This document shows, piece after piece, positions 30,379 to 40,559 of a DNA stretch of 64,000 bases; the stretch's first letter is position 1, and each line of letters opens with the position of its first letter. The stretch is from Candidatus Spongiisociaceae bacterium (lineage in GTDB: Bacteria; Actinomycetota; Acidimicrobiia; Spongiisociales; Spongiisociaceae): NCBI GenBank assembly GCA_965219685.1, contig CBDCOH010000002.1:3904001-3968000 (forward strand), given 5' to 3'. Below the pieces are notes generated by a model that was not told the origin of the DNA, ran no database searches, and saw only the letters and a program-made list of their open reading frames with translations. The translations under genes and the position numbers were made by a program.

Positions 30379-30780
30379 GTGCCGGAATACGTCGTTCGAG
30401 CTGACACCACACCCCCGTCCGACCTCTCGGGAACCGCCTTCAGCCATCTTGACGTTCGCTGGCTGGTGAGCGCGGAACGCAACGGTGCGGAACTCACCGG
30501 AGTGGGCCAGACCATATATCCCGCCCACGGCGGAACCCACGAGATCCATTTCCATCCGAGCGCAGAGGAGGTCGTAATCGTCCAGTCCGGCCGGGGCCGG
30601 CATCTCGTGGGAGACACGTGGTACGACGTCGGACCCGGTGACATCATCTTCATCCCGCGGAACGCCGTCCACGGCGCGGAGTCCGCCGGGGATGAAGACC
30701 TCGTTATCTACTGGGTCCTCGGGGGAGCGGCCGGTCTGGATGAAGCCGGATACGAAGCGGTCAGCGGCCCACCCGATTGA
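30379..30780 (+). CDS. Cupin domain protein
   Basis: HEIHFHPSAEE..GDIIFIPRNAVH; AGGAGG RBS before GTG 30379. Confidence 0.85.
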   Translation: MPEYVVRADTTPPSDLSGTAFSHLDVRWLVSAERNGAELTGVGQTIYPAHGGTHEIHFHPSAEEVVIVQSGRGRHLVGDTWYDVGPGDIIFIPRNAVHGAESAGDEDLVIYWVLGGAAGLDEAGYEAVSGPPD

Positions 30781-30808
30781 TGTTCCATCTACCGAGCGAC
30801 CACTGACC

Positions 30809-32227
30809 ATGGAACTCTGGCAGCATTCCGCCACTCAGTTACTCGACGCCTACCGCAGCGGGACCACCTCGCCCCGCGAGGCAGTCGAGTCGTCCCTGCG
30901 GCGGATCGAGCGTCTCGATCCGGCCATCGGTGCGTTCCGCGAGGTGTTCCACGAGCGCGCTCTTGACGAGGCGCGGCACCGCACCGACGAACTTGCCCGG
31001 GGCGAATGGGCAGGTCCGCTGCACGGCATTCCCGTCGCCATCAAGGAACTGTTCGACGTGGAAGGTGCGATCGGTAGCTACGGGTCCACGATCTTGGCAG
31101 ACCGCATCGCGCCGGCCGATGCCGCCGCGGTGGCGCGCTGGCGGGAGGCCGGAGCCATCGTGGTCGGCACGACCTGCTCCCATGAATTCGGCTGGGGGAT
31201 CACCACCCAGAACGCGAGGCTCGGGAGCACCCTGAACCCCTGGAACACGGAGCGCGTGCCGGGGGGATCCAGCGGAGGCTCGGCTGCCGCGCTCGCAGTC
31301 GGGATGGTCCCACTGGCGCTCGGGAGCGACACCGGCGGCTCGATCCGGATCCCGGCCTGCTTCTGCGGGATCGCGGGGATAAAGCCCACCTACGGCTTGG
31401 TATCCAAGCGCGGGGCCGTGTCGCTCGCCCCCTCCCTGGACCATCCGGGACCGCTCGCCCGCACCGTCCCGGATCTGGCGATCGGCCTGGCGGCGATGGC
31501 CGGATACGATGCCTTGGATCCCAGCACCCTGGCCGTCGAGCCGGCCTCGGGGTCAGTCACGGCTTCGCTAGCCGGGGTCCGGGTCGGCGTGGTCGCCGAC
31601 CTCCAACTCCGGGCGCTCCGGGATGACCACCGGGCCCGGTTCGACAGAGCCGTCGAAGTCATGGCGGAGGCGGGCGCCCGGCTGATCCCCCTGGGCCTTC
31701 CGGGGGCGGAGGAGATCCGTCCGACCTTCGCCGCGATCCAGATGGCCGAAGCGCACCACACCCATTCGTCGGTTCTGGGATTCTTCCCCGAGCGGGCATC
31801 CGAATACGGCGCCGACGTGAGAGGACGGCTGCAACTGGCGGCCGGCGTCACCCTGGCCGAGTACCTGTCCGCTCTCGAAAGCAAACGGGTCCTCCGGCGC
31901 TGCTTCGCCCGTCTGTTCGACGAGGTCGACGTGGTGGTCACCCCGATAACGGCCGGAGGGCCGTCCACCACCTCCGAGCCCGATATCGGGTTCGACGGTA
32001 CCGGGGAGGGTCCGTTTCGCGATGTGGTGATGGACTACACCGTCCCCCAGGACCTGTTCGGACTGCCCGTGTGCGCGGTTCCCAACGGGCTGGACGACGA
32101 CGGGCTCCCGCTGGGAATCCAGTTGACCGGCCCGGCCCTGTCCGAGAACACGGTGCTGGATGCAGCGGCAGGAGTCGCAGAACTCCTCGGAAGCCCCGGG
32201 TTCCCACCTGTAGCATACGGGCGCTAG
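30809..32227 (+). CDS. Amidase signature family protein
   Basis: GPLHGIPVAIKE, PGGSSGGSAAA, GSDTGGSIRIPA. Confidence 0.92.
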   Translation: MELWQHSATQLLDAYRSGTTSPREAVESSLRRIERLDPAIGAFREVFHERALDEARHRTDELARGEWAGPLHGIPVAIKELFDVEGAIGSYGSTILADRIAPADAAAVARWREAGAIVVGTTCSHEFGWGITTQNARLGSTLNPWNTERVPGGSSGGSAAALAVGMVPLALGSDTGGSIRIPACFCGIAGIKPTYGLVSKRGAVSLAPSLDHPGPLARTVPDLAIGLAAMAGYDALDPSTLAVEPASGSVTASLAGVRVGVVADLQLRALRDDHRARFDRAVEVMAEAGARLIPLGLPGAEEIRPTFAAIQMAEAHHTHSSVLGFFPERASEYGADVRGRLQLAAGVTLAEYLSALESKRVLRRCFARLFDEVDVVVTPITAGGPSTTSEPDIGFDGTGEGPFRDVVMDYTVPQDLFGLPVCAVPNGLDDDGLPLGIQLTGPALSENTVLDAAAGVAELLGSPGFPPVAYGR

Positions 32228-32248
32228 CGATCACGATCGGGGAATCTC

Positions 32249-33079
32249 TTGCCGGTTGTTGCACTGAACACGGGCGTTGACCTCTACTACGAGTGGCACG
32301 GCGCCGCCGATGGCCCGCCGGTCGTGTTCGTGCGCGGTACGGGCGCCGACGGATCCCGATGGCTTCCCCAGGTGGAGGAGTACCAGCATCGCTACCGGTG
32401 CCTGATCTTCGACAATCGCGGGTCGGGAAGGAGTTCCGCTCCCCCAGGTCCCTACTCGGTCCCGATGATGGTGGACGACACGATCGCCCTCCTGGACCAC
32501 CTCGAAATCGCCACCTGCCACCTGTCCGGCATGTCTCTCGGCGGCGCGATCGCGCTCAGGCTGGCCATCGACTTCCCCGAGCGGGTGACGACCCTGCAAC
32601 TCCACGGCGCCTGGGCGAAGACCCACGGCTACGCCAAGATGTACCTGTCGCTGCTCGGGCGGTTTCTGGAGGAGGGTGGTCTGGACTTCTACTACGAGGC
32701 CGCGCTGCTCTACCTGTTCCCGCCCGACTTCCTCACCGAGCATTACGACCTCGCGCAGGAGATCCTGGCGCGGATGAAGGCCAACTCGTCACCAATCGAC
32801 GGGCTTGCCGGACAGATCGCAGCCAACCTGACGCATGACGAGGCCGACCGCCTGTCCCTCGTCAGGGCGCCCACGCTCGTAACGGTGGGGGAACTCGACA
32901 TGTGCCTGCCGCCGTTCTTCAGCCGTGAACTCGCCGACGGGATCCCCGACGCGGAGCTCGTGGTTTTCCCCGGCGGGTCGCACCTGTTCGGGATGCAGGA
33001 TCCGGCCACCTTCAACCGGGTGACGCTTGACTGGCTGGCAAGGCAGCAGGGAACAGCCGCTGCGGGTACCGGTGGGTGA
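32249..33079 (+). CDS. Alpha/beta hydrolase (PcaD/RutD-like)
   Basis: DNRGSGRS, nucleophile GMSLGG, GGSHLF. Confidence 0.9.
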   Translation: MPVVALNTGVDLYYEWHGAADGPPVVFVRGTGADGSRWLPQVEEYQHRYRCLIFDNRGSGRSSAPPGPYSVPMMVDDTIALLDHLEIATCHLSGMSLGGAIALRLAIDFPERVTTLQLHGAWAKTHGYAKMYLSLLGRFLEEGGLDFYYEAALLYLFPPDFLTEHYDLAQEILARMKANSSPIDGLAGQIAANLTHDEADRLSLVRAPTLVTVGELDMCLPPFFSRELADGIPDAELVVFPGGSHLFGMQDPATFNRVTLDWLARQQGTAAAGTGG

Positions 33080-33677
33080 GGGGTTTCCTGCCGGGGAGTC
33101 CGGTTTGGAAGGGCGCCGCACAAGGATCCTGGCCATACCCGGCAGTCTCAGGAGGGCCTCTTACAACCGGAAGTTGCTCGAGGCCGCGAAGCGGCTGGCG
33201 CCGGCTGCTGTCGAAGTCGACATCTACGACGACGGGATGCGGATTCCGCTGTTCAACGAGGACTCCGAGGGAGACCTGACGCCACAGCCGGTGCTGGAGT
33301 TGCGCATCAGGATCCGCTCGGCCGACGCCGTGCTCATCGCGTCTCCCGAGTACAACGGCAGCATCACGGGTGTGCTGAAGAACCTGATCGATTGGGCGTC
33401 GCGCCCGTACGGCCGGTCTGCCTTCGAGGGCAAACCCGTGTCGGTGGTGGGTGCGAGCCCATCCCGGTTCGGCGCTCAGAGGTCCCAGGAAACCGCGATC
33501 GCGGTCCTCGGGAGTGCCGGGGCGAGGGTCGTCGGAGGTCCGCATCCGGTCAAGCAAGTCTTCTCCCTGGTCGACCCGGACGGGTGTATAAGCGATGAAG
33601 CAACCCTCAAGATGCTTCAGGGCGTGTTGGACGGGTTGGCCGCAGATGCCATGGCTTCCCCGGAAGGAGGTTCCTGA
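33072..33677 (+). CDS. NAD(P)H-dependent FMN reductase
   Basis: GSLRRASYN, SPEYNGSI.GVLKNLIDWASR. Confidence 0.9.
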   Translation: MGEGFPAGESGLEGRRTRILAIPGSLRRASYNRKLLEAAKRLAPAAVEVDIYDDGMRIPLFNEDSEGDLTPQPVLELRIRIRSADAVLIASPEYNGSITGVLKNLIDWASRPYGRSAFEGKPVSVVGASPSRFGAQRSQETAIAVLGSAGARVVGGPHPVKQVFSLVDPDGCISDEATLKMLQGVLDGLAADAMASPEGGS

Positions 33678-33772
33678 GCGGCCCGGTGCCGGCGGGTCCG
33701 GAAACACGATCGACTCGGCCATCGCCACTTCCGGCAGCGCCTTGCAGGTGGCTGCCGGTCGCGGGTGGTTTC

Positions 33773-34909
33773 TCAGCGGAGGAGGGCGATGCCCAGGAAC
33801 GGCACCGCGATGAACACTCCCACCACATAGGCAACGGCCAGCAGGCGCCGCTCGACCGCCACCCTGGCAAGGGTCTCAGCCCCCCGGATCGGGATCTCCC
33901 GGAGGACTGCGATCGGGTAGAGCAGCAGGATCCCGGCGATGTTGAACAACGTGTGGACCAGAGCGATCGTGAGCGCTTCGGGGCGGCTGGTCGCCAGAGC
34001 CGCCAGCAATGCCGTGATCGTGGTCCCGACATTGGCACCGAGGGTCACCGGGTAGATGTTGCGTAGCGAGAGAACCCCTGCGGCGGCCAGCGGGATCAGC
34101 ATCGACGTGGTGATGCTCGATGACTGCACCGAGATCGTGACCGCCACCCCTACCAGCAGGGCGACCATGCCGCTGCCTTTGCCGAGAGCCGTGTTCAGGG
34201 ACTGCTCGACGCGGGCCGCCACGAGTCGGCGCATGTTCTTGGTCACCAGCGCGAGTGCGAGCAACACGGCCGCGATCCCACAGACGACCATCAGCGTGCC
34301 GAGCACGTTGCCGTCCGCCCCGACGTTGCCCCACAGATCCTTGAGCCAGCCGACTGGTTCCTTGACCAGGGCCTTCACAGGGCTTTTCCACTCGGTTCCG
34401 GCCGAACCGACCAGGGGCTCGCTGACGCGTTCGGCGAGATTCGAGATGAAGCCGGTGAGCAGCTCCAGCGGCAGCAGGATCGCGACGACCACCACGTTGA
34501 AGAAGTCGTGGACTGTCGCCGCCTCGAAGGCCCGCCTGAACTCGAACGACCGCCTCACATGGCCGAGCGATACCAGCGTGTTGGTTACCGTCGTGCCGAT
34601 ATTGGCGCCCATCACCATCGGAACGGCGTGCTCGAAACCCAGCACACCCGAGGCCACGAGACCGACGATGACCGAAGTGCTGGCGGACGATGACTGCACC
34701 AGCACCGTTCCCAGAATCCCCACGAAGATCCCGGCTAGCGGGTTCCTGACGCTGGAGAAGAGGTTCTCCTGGATATCAGCCCCCAGCAGGCCGATGCCGG
34801 ACTCGAGAGACGACACGCCCACGAGGAACACATAGATAAGACCGATCACGAGACCCGCCCTAACCGGCGGCGGTATCAAGCGATCCTCCGCGCGAGCCGG
34901 GATCGTCAT
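33773..34909 (-). CDS. Na+/phosphate cotransporter family protein
   Basis: Two QSSS motifs, GANIGTT/GANVGTT, ATVHDFFN. Confidence 0.9.
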   Translation of the reverse strand: MTIPARAEDRLIPPPVRAGLVIGLIYVFLVGVSSLESGIGLLGADIQENLFSSVRNPLAGIFVGILGTVLVQSSSASTSVIVGLVASGVLGFEHAVPMVMGANIGTTVTNTLVSLGHVRRSFEFRRAFEAATVHDFFNVVVVAILLPLELLTGFISNLAERVSEPLVGSAGTEWKSPVKALVKEPVGWLKDLWGNVGADGNVLGTLMVVCGIAAVLLALALVTKNMRRLVAARVEQSLNTALGKGSGMVALLVGVAVTISVQSSSITTSMLIPLAAAGVLSLRNIYPVTLGANVGTTITALLAALATSRPEALTIALVHTLFNIAGILLLYPIAVLREIPIRGAETLARVAVERRLLAVAYVVGVFIAVPFLGIALLR

Positions 34910-34980
34910 GTAGTTGAGATCGTCATGTGGTTGAGAGCGTCCTAGGCGGCAGGAAGATTGTACTCGGCTGTCCGGCCGGG

Positions 34981-35134
34981 TGGTGAGTGGGGAGTGGTGA
35001 GTGGTGAATGGTGAGTGGTGAATGGTGAGTGGTGAATGGTGAATGGTGAATGGTGAATGGTGAATGGTGAATGGTGAATGGTGAATGGTGAATGGTGAGT
35101 GGTGAATGGTGAATGGTGAATGGTGAATGGTGAA
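34981..35134. repeat. Heptamer tandem array (TGGTGAA/G), about 22 units
   Basis: Read directly from the sequence. Confidence 0.97.
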
Positions 35135-35200
35135 CTAAGAATCTCTTACAATAACATGTATGAGTGATACATGCTATACACTTAATCAGCCACTAGCCCA

Positions 35201-35277
35201 CCGGCAACCGGCAACCGGCAACCGGCATCCGGCAACCGGCAACCGGCATCCGGCAACCGGCAACCGGCATCCGGCAA
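35201..35277. repeat. Heptamer tandem array (CCGGCAA/T), 11 units, abutting the stop codon of the amidohydrolase
   Basis: Read directly from the sequence. Confidence 0.97.
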
Positions 35278-36513
35278 CTAGACGGTTCTCCCCTGGGTGT
35301 CCTTGTGGATGCGGCCGCCTTTGATCACGCCCACGATCCGGGCGGGGTCGGCCAGGACCCCTATCTCGTCCAGGGGCCGGCCCTCCACCAGGATCAGGTC
35401 GGCCTCTTTACCCACTTCGACGGTGCCGATCCGGTCGGCCATGTAGAAGAGTTCGGCGTTACCCGTGGTGGCGGTGGCGATCGCTTCGGCCGGGCTCATG
35501 AACTTGGCCTTGTTGGGCAATTCCCGGCCGCGCCTGTCCTGCAGGGGGCCGACGATATCGGAGCCCGAACCGACCTTGACCCCGGTCTCTCCCATGATCT
35601 CGATGCTCCGGCCCACTTCGGTCTCGACCGCTTGGAGCTTGCTGAGCTGTGACGGGGTGAGGCCGGCATGCTCCGGATCCGCGAGAAGGTCGTACTTCAC
35701 CGCCAGGGTGACCACTGCGAAGGCATCGGACTCCACGATCTGGCGGGCGGCGTCCTCGTCGAGGATGCTGGCGTGCTCTATGGAACGGATCCCCGCCGAC
35801 AGGGCCCGGCGGATGGCGTCGGAGGTGTGGCAGTGGGCGAGCACGTAGGTGTGCCAGTCGGCCGCCGCCTCCACCGCGGCCCGTAGTTCCGCGTAGCTGA
35901 ACTGGAGGCTGTCGAACGGATCCGTGGGGGAGAGGACCCCGCCGGAACTGAACACCTTTATCTGGGTGGCGCCTTTCCTCAACTGCTCACGGGCCGCACG
36001 CCTCACCTCGTCGGCCCCGTCGACTATCTCCGGGGTGGCCGACAGCCCGGGGATGCTCCCCCGCGGATGCTCGATGTGATGGGCGGGTCGCAGGTCTCCG
36101 TGCCCGCCGGTCTGGGACAGGACGGAGCCCGACGGGAGGATGCGGGGCCCGTCGATGACGCCCTGTTCCACCAGGCGCGCCCAGTGGGGGTCGAGTCCGC
36201 CCGCGTCCCGCACGGTGGTGAAGCCCTCCTGGAGGGTGTTCTCGATGATGCGCCGGACCGTGAACACGTAGTCGATCCAGGGCAGGTCACCGATGCCGCC
36301 TGCCGGAGAGACCAGGCCCATGTGGACATGGGCGTCGGTGAGTCCGGGCATCAGCGTCAGGCCCGTGGCGTCGATGACCCGATCCGGGGAACTCCCCGCC
36401 CCGGGGCCGATACCGCTGATCAGCGACCCGGATACAGCCACATCCGTGCTCGCCTGCGGGGCGGCCCCGGTGCAGTCCAGCAGTTCGGCGCCGCGGATTA
36501 CGAGGCTGGTCAT
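35278..36513 (-). CDS. Metal-dependent amidohydrolase (prolidase-like subgroup)
   Basis: MPGLTDAHVH, GFTTVRDAGG, QTGGHGD, AHCH, SIEH, GSGSD. Confidence 0.9.
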   Translation of the reverse strand: MTSLVIRGAELLDCTGAAPQASTDVAVSGSLISGIGPGAGSSPDRVIDATGLTLMPGLTDAHVHMGLVSPAGGIGDLPWIDYVFTVRRIIENTLQEGFTTVRDAGGLDPHWARLVEQGVIDGPRILPSGSVLSQTGGHGDLRPAHHIEHPRGSIPGLSATPEIVDGADEVRRAAREQLRKGATQIKVFSSGGVLSPTDPFDSLQFSYAELRAAVEAAADWHTYVLAHCHTSDAIRRALSAGIRSIEHASILDEDAARQIVESDAFAVVTLAVKYDLLADPEHAGLTPSQLSKLQAVETEVGRSIEIMGETGVKVGSGSDIVGPLQDRRGRELPNKAKFMSPAEAIATATTGNAELFYMADRIGTVEVGKEADLILVEGRPLDEIGVLADPARIVGVIKGGRIHKDTQGRTV

Positions 36514-37562
36514 TGGTCGCTTCCTTCCTGGTAGTCGAGTCGCAACTCGGGTATGACGAAGTTCCCCCTGTCGATGACCTGGAGGTCGTCCACCCATATC
36601 GAGTGGTTGCGGGTCCCGATGTCGAAGTGGAACGGAGCCCGGTTCTCGCCGCCGAGGGTCCTCATGAAGTTGGCGCCGAAAGCGATGAGCATGTTGCCGT
36701 AGTAGCTCTCGACGTCCATCACTCCGCCACCCTCCCAGTAGCGAAGACCGAGGGCGTTCCAATTGGCCCGGTGCTCGTATCCCCACCCGATGTGGGATAC
36801 GCCGTAGCAGCGCTCGTCCCGGGGCGCCTCGAAGTGATCCCGGGCGAGCCGGGCGTCGGTCCCCCCGTCGATGGAGACGATGCTCCCCTCCCGGAGTTCC
36901 ATCCTGATCGGCGACATCACGTACCGGCCGAGATTGATGAGGCAGTCGCCCTCGTCCAGTACCAGGGTGCCCTCCGCCGAATGCTCCAACGGCGCCACCA
37001 CCACCTGTCCCGACGGCCAGTGGTCCCAGCGTCCCGGCGTGTCCGTATACCCGTACTGGGTCATGACCGGCCGTCCCGCGTAGCTCACGGCCAGATCGGT
37101 ACCGGCCTCGGATTCGAGGTGCAGGGTGGTGCCGGCCTGCAGCAGCGCTTCGCTGACCTCCGCCCGGCGCCGGATCTCGGGGATCGGGAACATGCGGCGG
37201 AGCATGTCCTCGGGTTCCAGGAGCATGAGCGTGCGCGCCCCGGCGTCGAGGGCCGCGTTGTGAGCGTCGCTGTAGATCCACTCCGTGGTGGGCGTTGCCA
37301 CGACCAGATCGGATCCCTTCCAGGCGTCGATGATGGCCTGTGACTTCATCCAGCTCTCGTCGGCCGCCACCACGATCTGGAAGTACTCGGCGCCCAGCAC
37401 GCGCGCCGCGGCGGCCAGCGCGATGCTGTACACCTGGTTGCTCATGGTGTCGGTGAACCCGAGCACAGTCTCGCCGGGCCGCACGTCGCACAGTTCCAAG
37501 TGGTCCCTGAAGAGCGGGACCAGCTCCGCTCCGGCCGCGGATGTGGTTGGGACTCGACGCAT
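36510..37562 (-). CDS. nicX: 2,5-dihydroxypyridine 5,6-dioxygenase-like protein (M29 fold)
   Basis: EPEDMLRRMFP, TQYGYTDTPGRWDHWPSG, AEGTLVLDEGD, YGVSHIGWG, MD..YGN, HFDI match recalled Pseudomonas NicX motifs. Confidence 0.8.
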   Translation of the reverse strand: MRRVPTTSAAGAELVPLFRDHLELCDVRPGETVLGFTDTMSNQVYSIALAAAARVLGAEYFQIVVAADESWMKSQAIIDAWKGSDLVVATPTTEWIYSDAHNAALDAGARTLMLLEPEDMLRRMFPIPEIRRRAEVSEALLQAGTTLHLESEAGTDLAVSYAGRPVMTQYGYTDTPGRWDHWPSGQVVVAPLEHSAEGTLVLDEGDCLINLGRYVMSPIRMELREGSIVSIDGGTDARLARDHFEAPRDERCYGVSHIGWGYEHRANWNALGLRYWEGGGVMDVESYYGNMLIAFGANFMRTLGGENRAPFHFDIGTRNHSIWVDDLQVIDRGNFVIPELRLDYQEGSDQ

Positions 37563-37654
37563 CGGTCGACTGCCTTCTCGGGCTGCTGCGGGCGTATACT
37601 ATGTCCGATGTTGAGGGCCGCTGTCCTTCGCTCCGTAACCTCCCTGCCCGCGGG

Positions 37655-38698
37655 ATGAGCCTGCGGTTCGGCCTCATCGGTACGGGGGGAGGGGGCCACC
37701 TCTTCGCCGGCGCGCTGGCCGGCCGTCCCGGCAGGGCGCGCCTGGTTTCGGTCTGCTCCCGCAACCGGGAGAAGGCGACTGCCTTCGCCGCCATATACGG
37801 AGTTACCGAGGTGTTCACCGACTGGCGCGAGTTGATCCGGTCGGACGTCGACGCAGTGTGCGTGGCGTCGCCCACCGGCGACCACGCCCGGATGACCATC
37901 GGGGCCGCCGCCCGAGGACTCCACGTGCTGACCGAGAAGCCCATAGCCGCGTCCGTGGCCGAGACCGACCGGATGATCGAGGCCTGCGAGCGGGCGGGGG
38001 TGACCCTGGGCTGCATCTACATGTACCGCTTCATGGACATCGCTCTGCGGATGAAGGAGGCGGTGACCGGGGGACTTATCGGCCAACCCCTGATCGCCGA
38101 GTGAACCGGGCTGTTCTACCGCGACCAGCCCTACTACGACTCCGGCGCCTGGCGGGGCAGATGGGAGACGGAGGGAGGCGGCTCGCTGGTCACCCAGACC
38201 AGCCACACCCCTGGACCTGATGGTATGGATGCTCGGCGACGTGGACTCGGTGGCCGGCTTCTACAGCACGTCACCTCTCCACCGGATCGAGGTGGAGGAC
38301 TCCACCCTGGGAGTGCTGCGGTTCGCCAACGGATCCCTCGCCACGGTGGTCAGCACCACCGCGGCCGTCAATCCCGCGCCCCGCAGGCTCACGATCCGCG
38401 GAACCCTCGGGACGGTGGGTCTGGTGGACGAGGAACTGGTCAGTGGGACGTGCCCGGGGGCCCGTCGCCCGAGATCGAGGAGCTGATGAATTCGGGACCG
38501 GTCGACCGGGGGAATACCCTGACCATGGCCGGCTACGCCGATCCCACCTTCCACTACCTCCAGATGGAGGACTTCGTGGCCGCGGTGGAGGAGGGACGCC
38601 CCCCGCTGGTGGACGGATGGGAAGGCCGGAGGACCACCACCGTGATGGAGGCCCTCTACGAATCCTCCCGCCGGGGCGAGGTGGTCAAGCCCGGCTGA
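37655..38698 (+). pseudogene. Gfo/Idh/MocA oxidoreductase pseudogene
   Basis: GLIGTG, HVLTEKP, WRGRWETEGGGSL; in-frame TGA at 38102 plus frameshifts near 38210 and 38440. Confidence 0.88.
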
Positions 38699-38723
38699 CA
38701 CAAGCCCGAGCGAGGCTCAAGAA

Positions 38724-38860
38724 TTGGTGTCGGCGGCGCTGGCGAACGCCGAGGACGCCTACGCCGCGGTGGTGGAGACATACGAGGATCAAGGGCATAC
38801 CCTGCCATCGGGCATCTACCTGGACAACGCGGATGGCCCAGTCCTGCAAGTGTTCTTACG
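38724..38860 (+). pseudogene. Possible HicB C-terminal remnant
   Basis: AALANAEDAYAAVVETYEDQGHTLP resembles the HicB helix; N-terminus absent. Confidence 0.35.
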
Positions 38861-39119
38861 CGACAGCAAGCGCTTTGACCGGCTTGAGCGCCTCGGACAT
38901 GAGGGCTAGGTCGTCGCTTTCGATCCCGTCGACGGAAACCCCGTGGCTGACTGCTAGGAACTCGTAGGCGAAGACACGACCTGCTTGGTCGAGGTGGGCA
39001 ATCCGTGTCTCGTCGAGGCGCTGTCCTCCGGCCTCCCCTCCGGAAGGCGGGCGGATAGCCACGAAGATGGCGTCCGCTTCGGAGTCGTAGCGAACCTGCA
39101 TCCGGACGGTTCCTTTCAT
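38856..39119 (-). CDS. DUF2283 family protein (putative antitoxin)
   Basis: VRYDSEADAIFV..LDQAGRVFAYEFLAVS. Confidence 0.8.
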   Translation of the reverse strand: MKGTVRMQVRYDSEADAIFVAIRPPSGGEAGGQRLDETRIAHLDQAGRVFAYEFLAVSHGVSVDGIESDDLALMSEALKPVKALAVA

Positions 39120-39361
39120 AGAGCAACCCAGTAGACCGTGATCACGATAGCCGGTTCACGGCTGGCGGAGAGCACCACATGAAGGACACGGTCGCCTACC
39201 ACTGCGCGGTATTCGTGCGCGGTGTGACCAACGATACGGAGTTCGGGAGCGGCCAGCACTGCGTCAACCATCTTCTGGGCAATGCCCTGCTCGGCCATCC
39301 GCCTGCGGGCATGGTGACTGTAGGAAAGCTGAATCCGCAGGTTCTTACGATACCTTACCAA
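39116..39361 (-). CDS. DUF4258 family protein (putative RelE-like toxin)
   Basis: YSHHARRRMAEQGI..LHVV..IVITVY; ATGA overlap with DUF2283. Confidence 0.78.
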   Translation of the reverse strand: MVRYRKNLRIQLSYSHHARRRMAEQGIAQKMVDAVLAAPELRIVGHTAHEYRAVVGDRVLHVVLSASREPAIVITVYWVAL

Positions 39362-39443
39362 TAACTACAACTCGTATTCAGAAGCAAGCATCAAGGCGAG
39401 ACGGACTATCCGTACCCGTGTCTTCGGCGGCCGAACACTGGGC

Positions 39444-40472
39444 TCAGGGTGCGCTGCCTCCGGCTGCGGGGATGAAGAACCCCTCTCCCAGGGGGTCGTG
39501 CTTGTCGAGCACCAACTGGTTGAAGCCGGTTATGTAGGCCGAGCCGGTGATGGTGGGGATGATCGCCCTCCGCCCCGATACTTCTGTCTCGGCTTCGACC
39601 GTGCCGGTGAACATGGTGTTGAGCACGCTCTCGTGCACGAACGTGTCCCCTACTCCCAGTTCGCCCCTCGCGTGATGCCAGGCCATGCGGGCGCAACTCC
39701 CGGTCCCGCACGGAGAGCGGTCGAAGCCCAGGCCGGTGGAGGTGGCGAGGTTCTGGCCGTCGGCGCCCGGGCTGCTAGGTGGCCCGACGTACAGCAATTG
39801 GTCCACCCGGTCCGGGGCTCCGTGGGGGAGGTCGGTCCGATCCCGGAGTGCGCCGTTCACCGCCAGCCGGATGCGATGGCTGAGAGCAACGAGGCTCGGC
39901 ACGGTCTCCACCGCGATCGGCAGACCGGCCTGCTCGATCCGGACCAGGGCGAACCAGAGGCCGCCGAAGGCGATGTCCACCTCGATCGGGCGACCGTCGA
40001 CCTCCACCTCGAGCCCGGTCATCCCCACCCAGGAGGGCACTCCCTCGAAGGTGACCGACTTGACCTTGGTTCCCTCGATCCGCGCCTCGGCCACCACCAG
40101 GCCGCTCAGGGTTTCCACCGCCACTCTGGTCACGGGTTCCACCGGCTGGATCCTGAACATCTCCACCAGGCTGGTGATGGTCCCGATCAGGGCGTGGCCG
40201 CACATGGTCAGCGAGCCGAGCGCGGAGAGGACCAGCATGGAGAGGTCCGCATCCGGATGGATCGGCGGCAGGGGCAGGACGGCGTGCCACGGGGCATGCC
40301 CGCGCGGCTCCCCGACCAGCATCCTCGCCAGATCCGAATGGTTGGCCACGAGATCCGCTTCCATCTCCTCCAGGGTCTCGCCCTCCAGTTCCGGGAACCC
40401 GTCGGTCACCACCCGGGTGGGTTCTCCCGCGGTGTGGGAGTCGATCACGTGAAAACGTCGGATGAAGGCCAT
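39444..40472 (-). CDS. Proline racemase / 4-hydroxyproline epimerase family
   Basis: DSHTAGEPTR, EPRGH, MCGH and DRSPCGTG (Cys/Cys pair). Confidence 0.92.
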   Translation of the reverse strand: MAFIRRFHVIDSHTAGEPTRVVTDGFPELEGETLEEMEADLVANHSDLARMLVGEPRGHAPWHAVLPLPPIHPDADLSMLVLSALGSLTMCGHALIGTITSLVEMFRIQPVEPVTRVAVETLSGLVVAEARIEGTKVKSVTFEGVPSWVGMTGLEVEVDGRPIEVDIAFGGLWFALVRIEQAGLPIAVETVPSLVALSHRIRLAVNGALRDRTDLPHGAPDRVDQLLYVGPPSSPGADGQNLATSTGLGFDRSPCGTGSCARMAWHHARGELGVGDTFVHESVLNTMFTGTVEAETEVSGRRAIIPTITGSAYITGFNQLVLDKHDPLGEGFFIPAAGGSAP

Positions 40473-40559
40473 CGGTGGGGGCTCCCGGTCCGGGCAGGTG
40501 CTGAAACGCGCTAGATTCTAGGCTGTTTTACACCCACCCCCGCAGAGGTAAAAGGAACA

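Noticed and set aside
38102-38104. In-frame TGA as selenocysteine
   Set aside because: The gene also has two frameshifts, the family is not a known selenoprotein, and no SECIS was evident.
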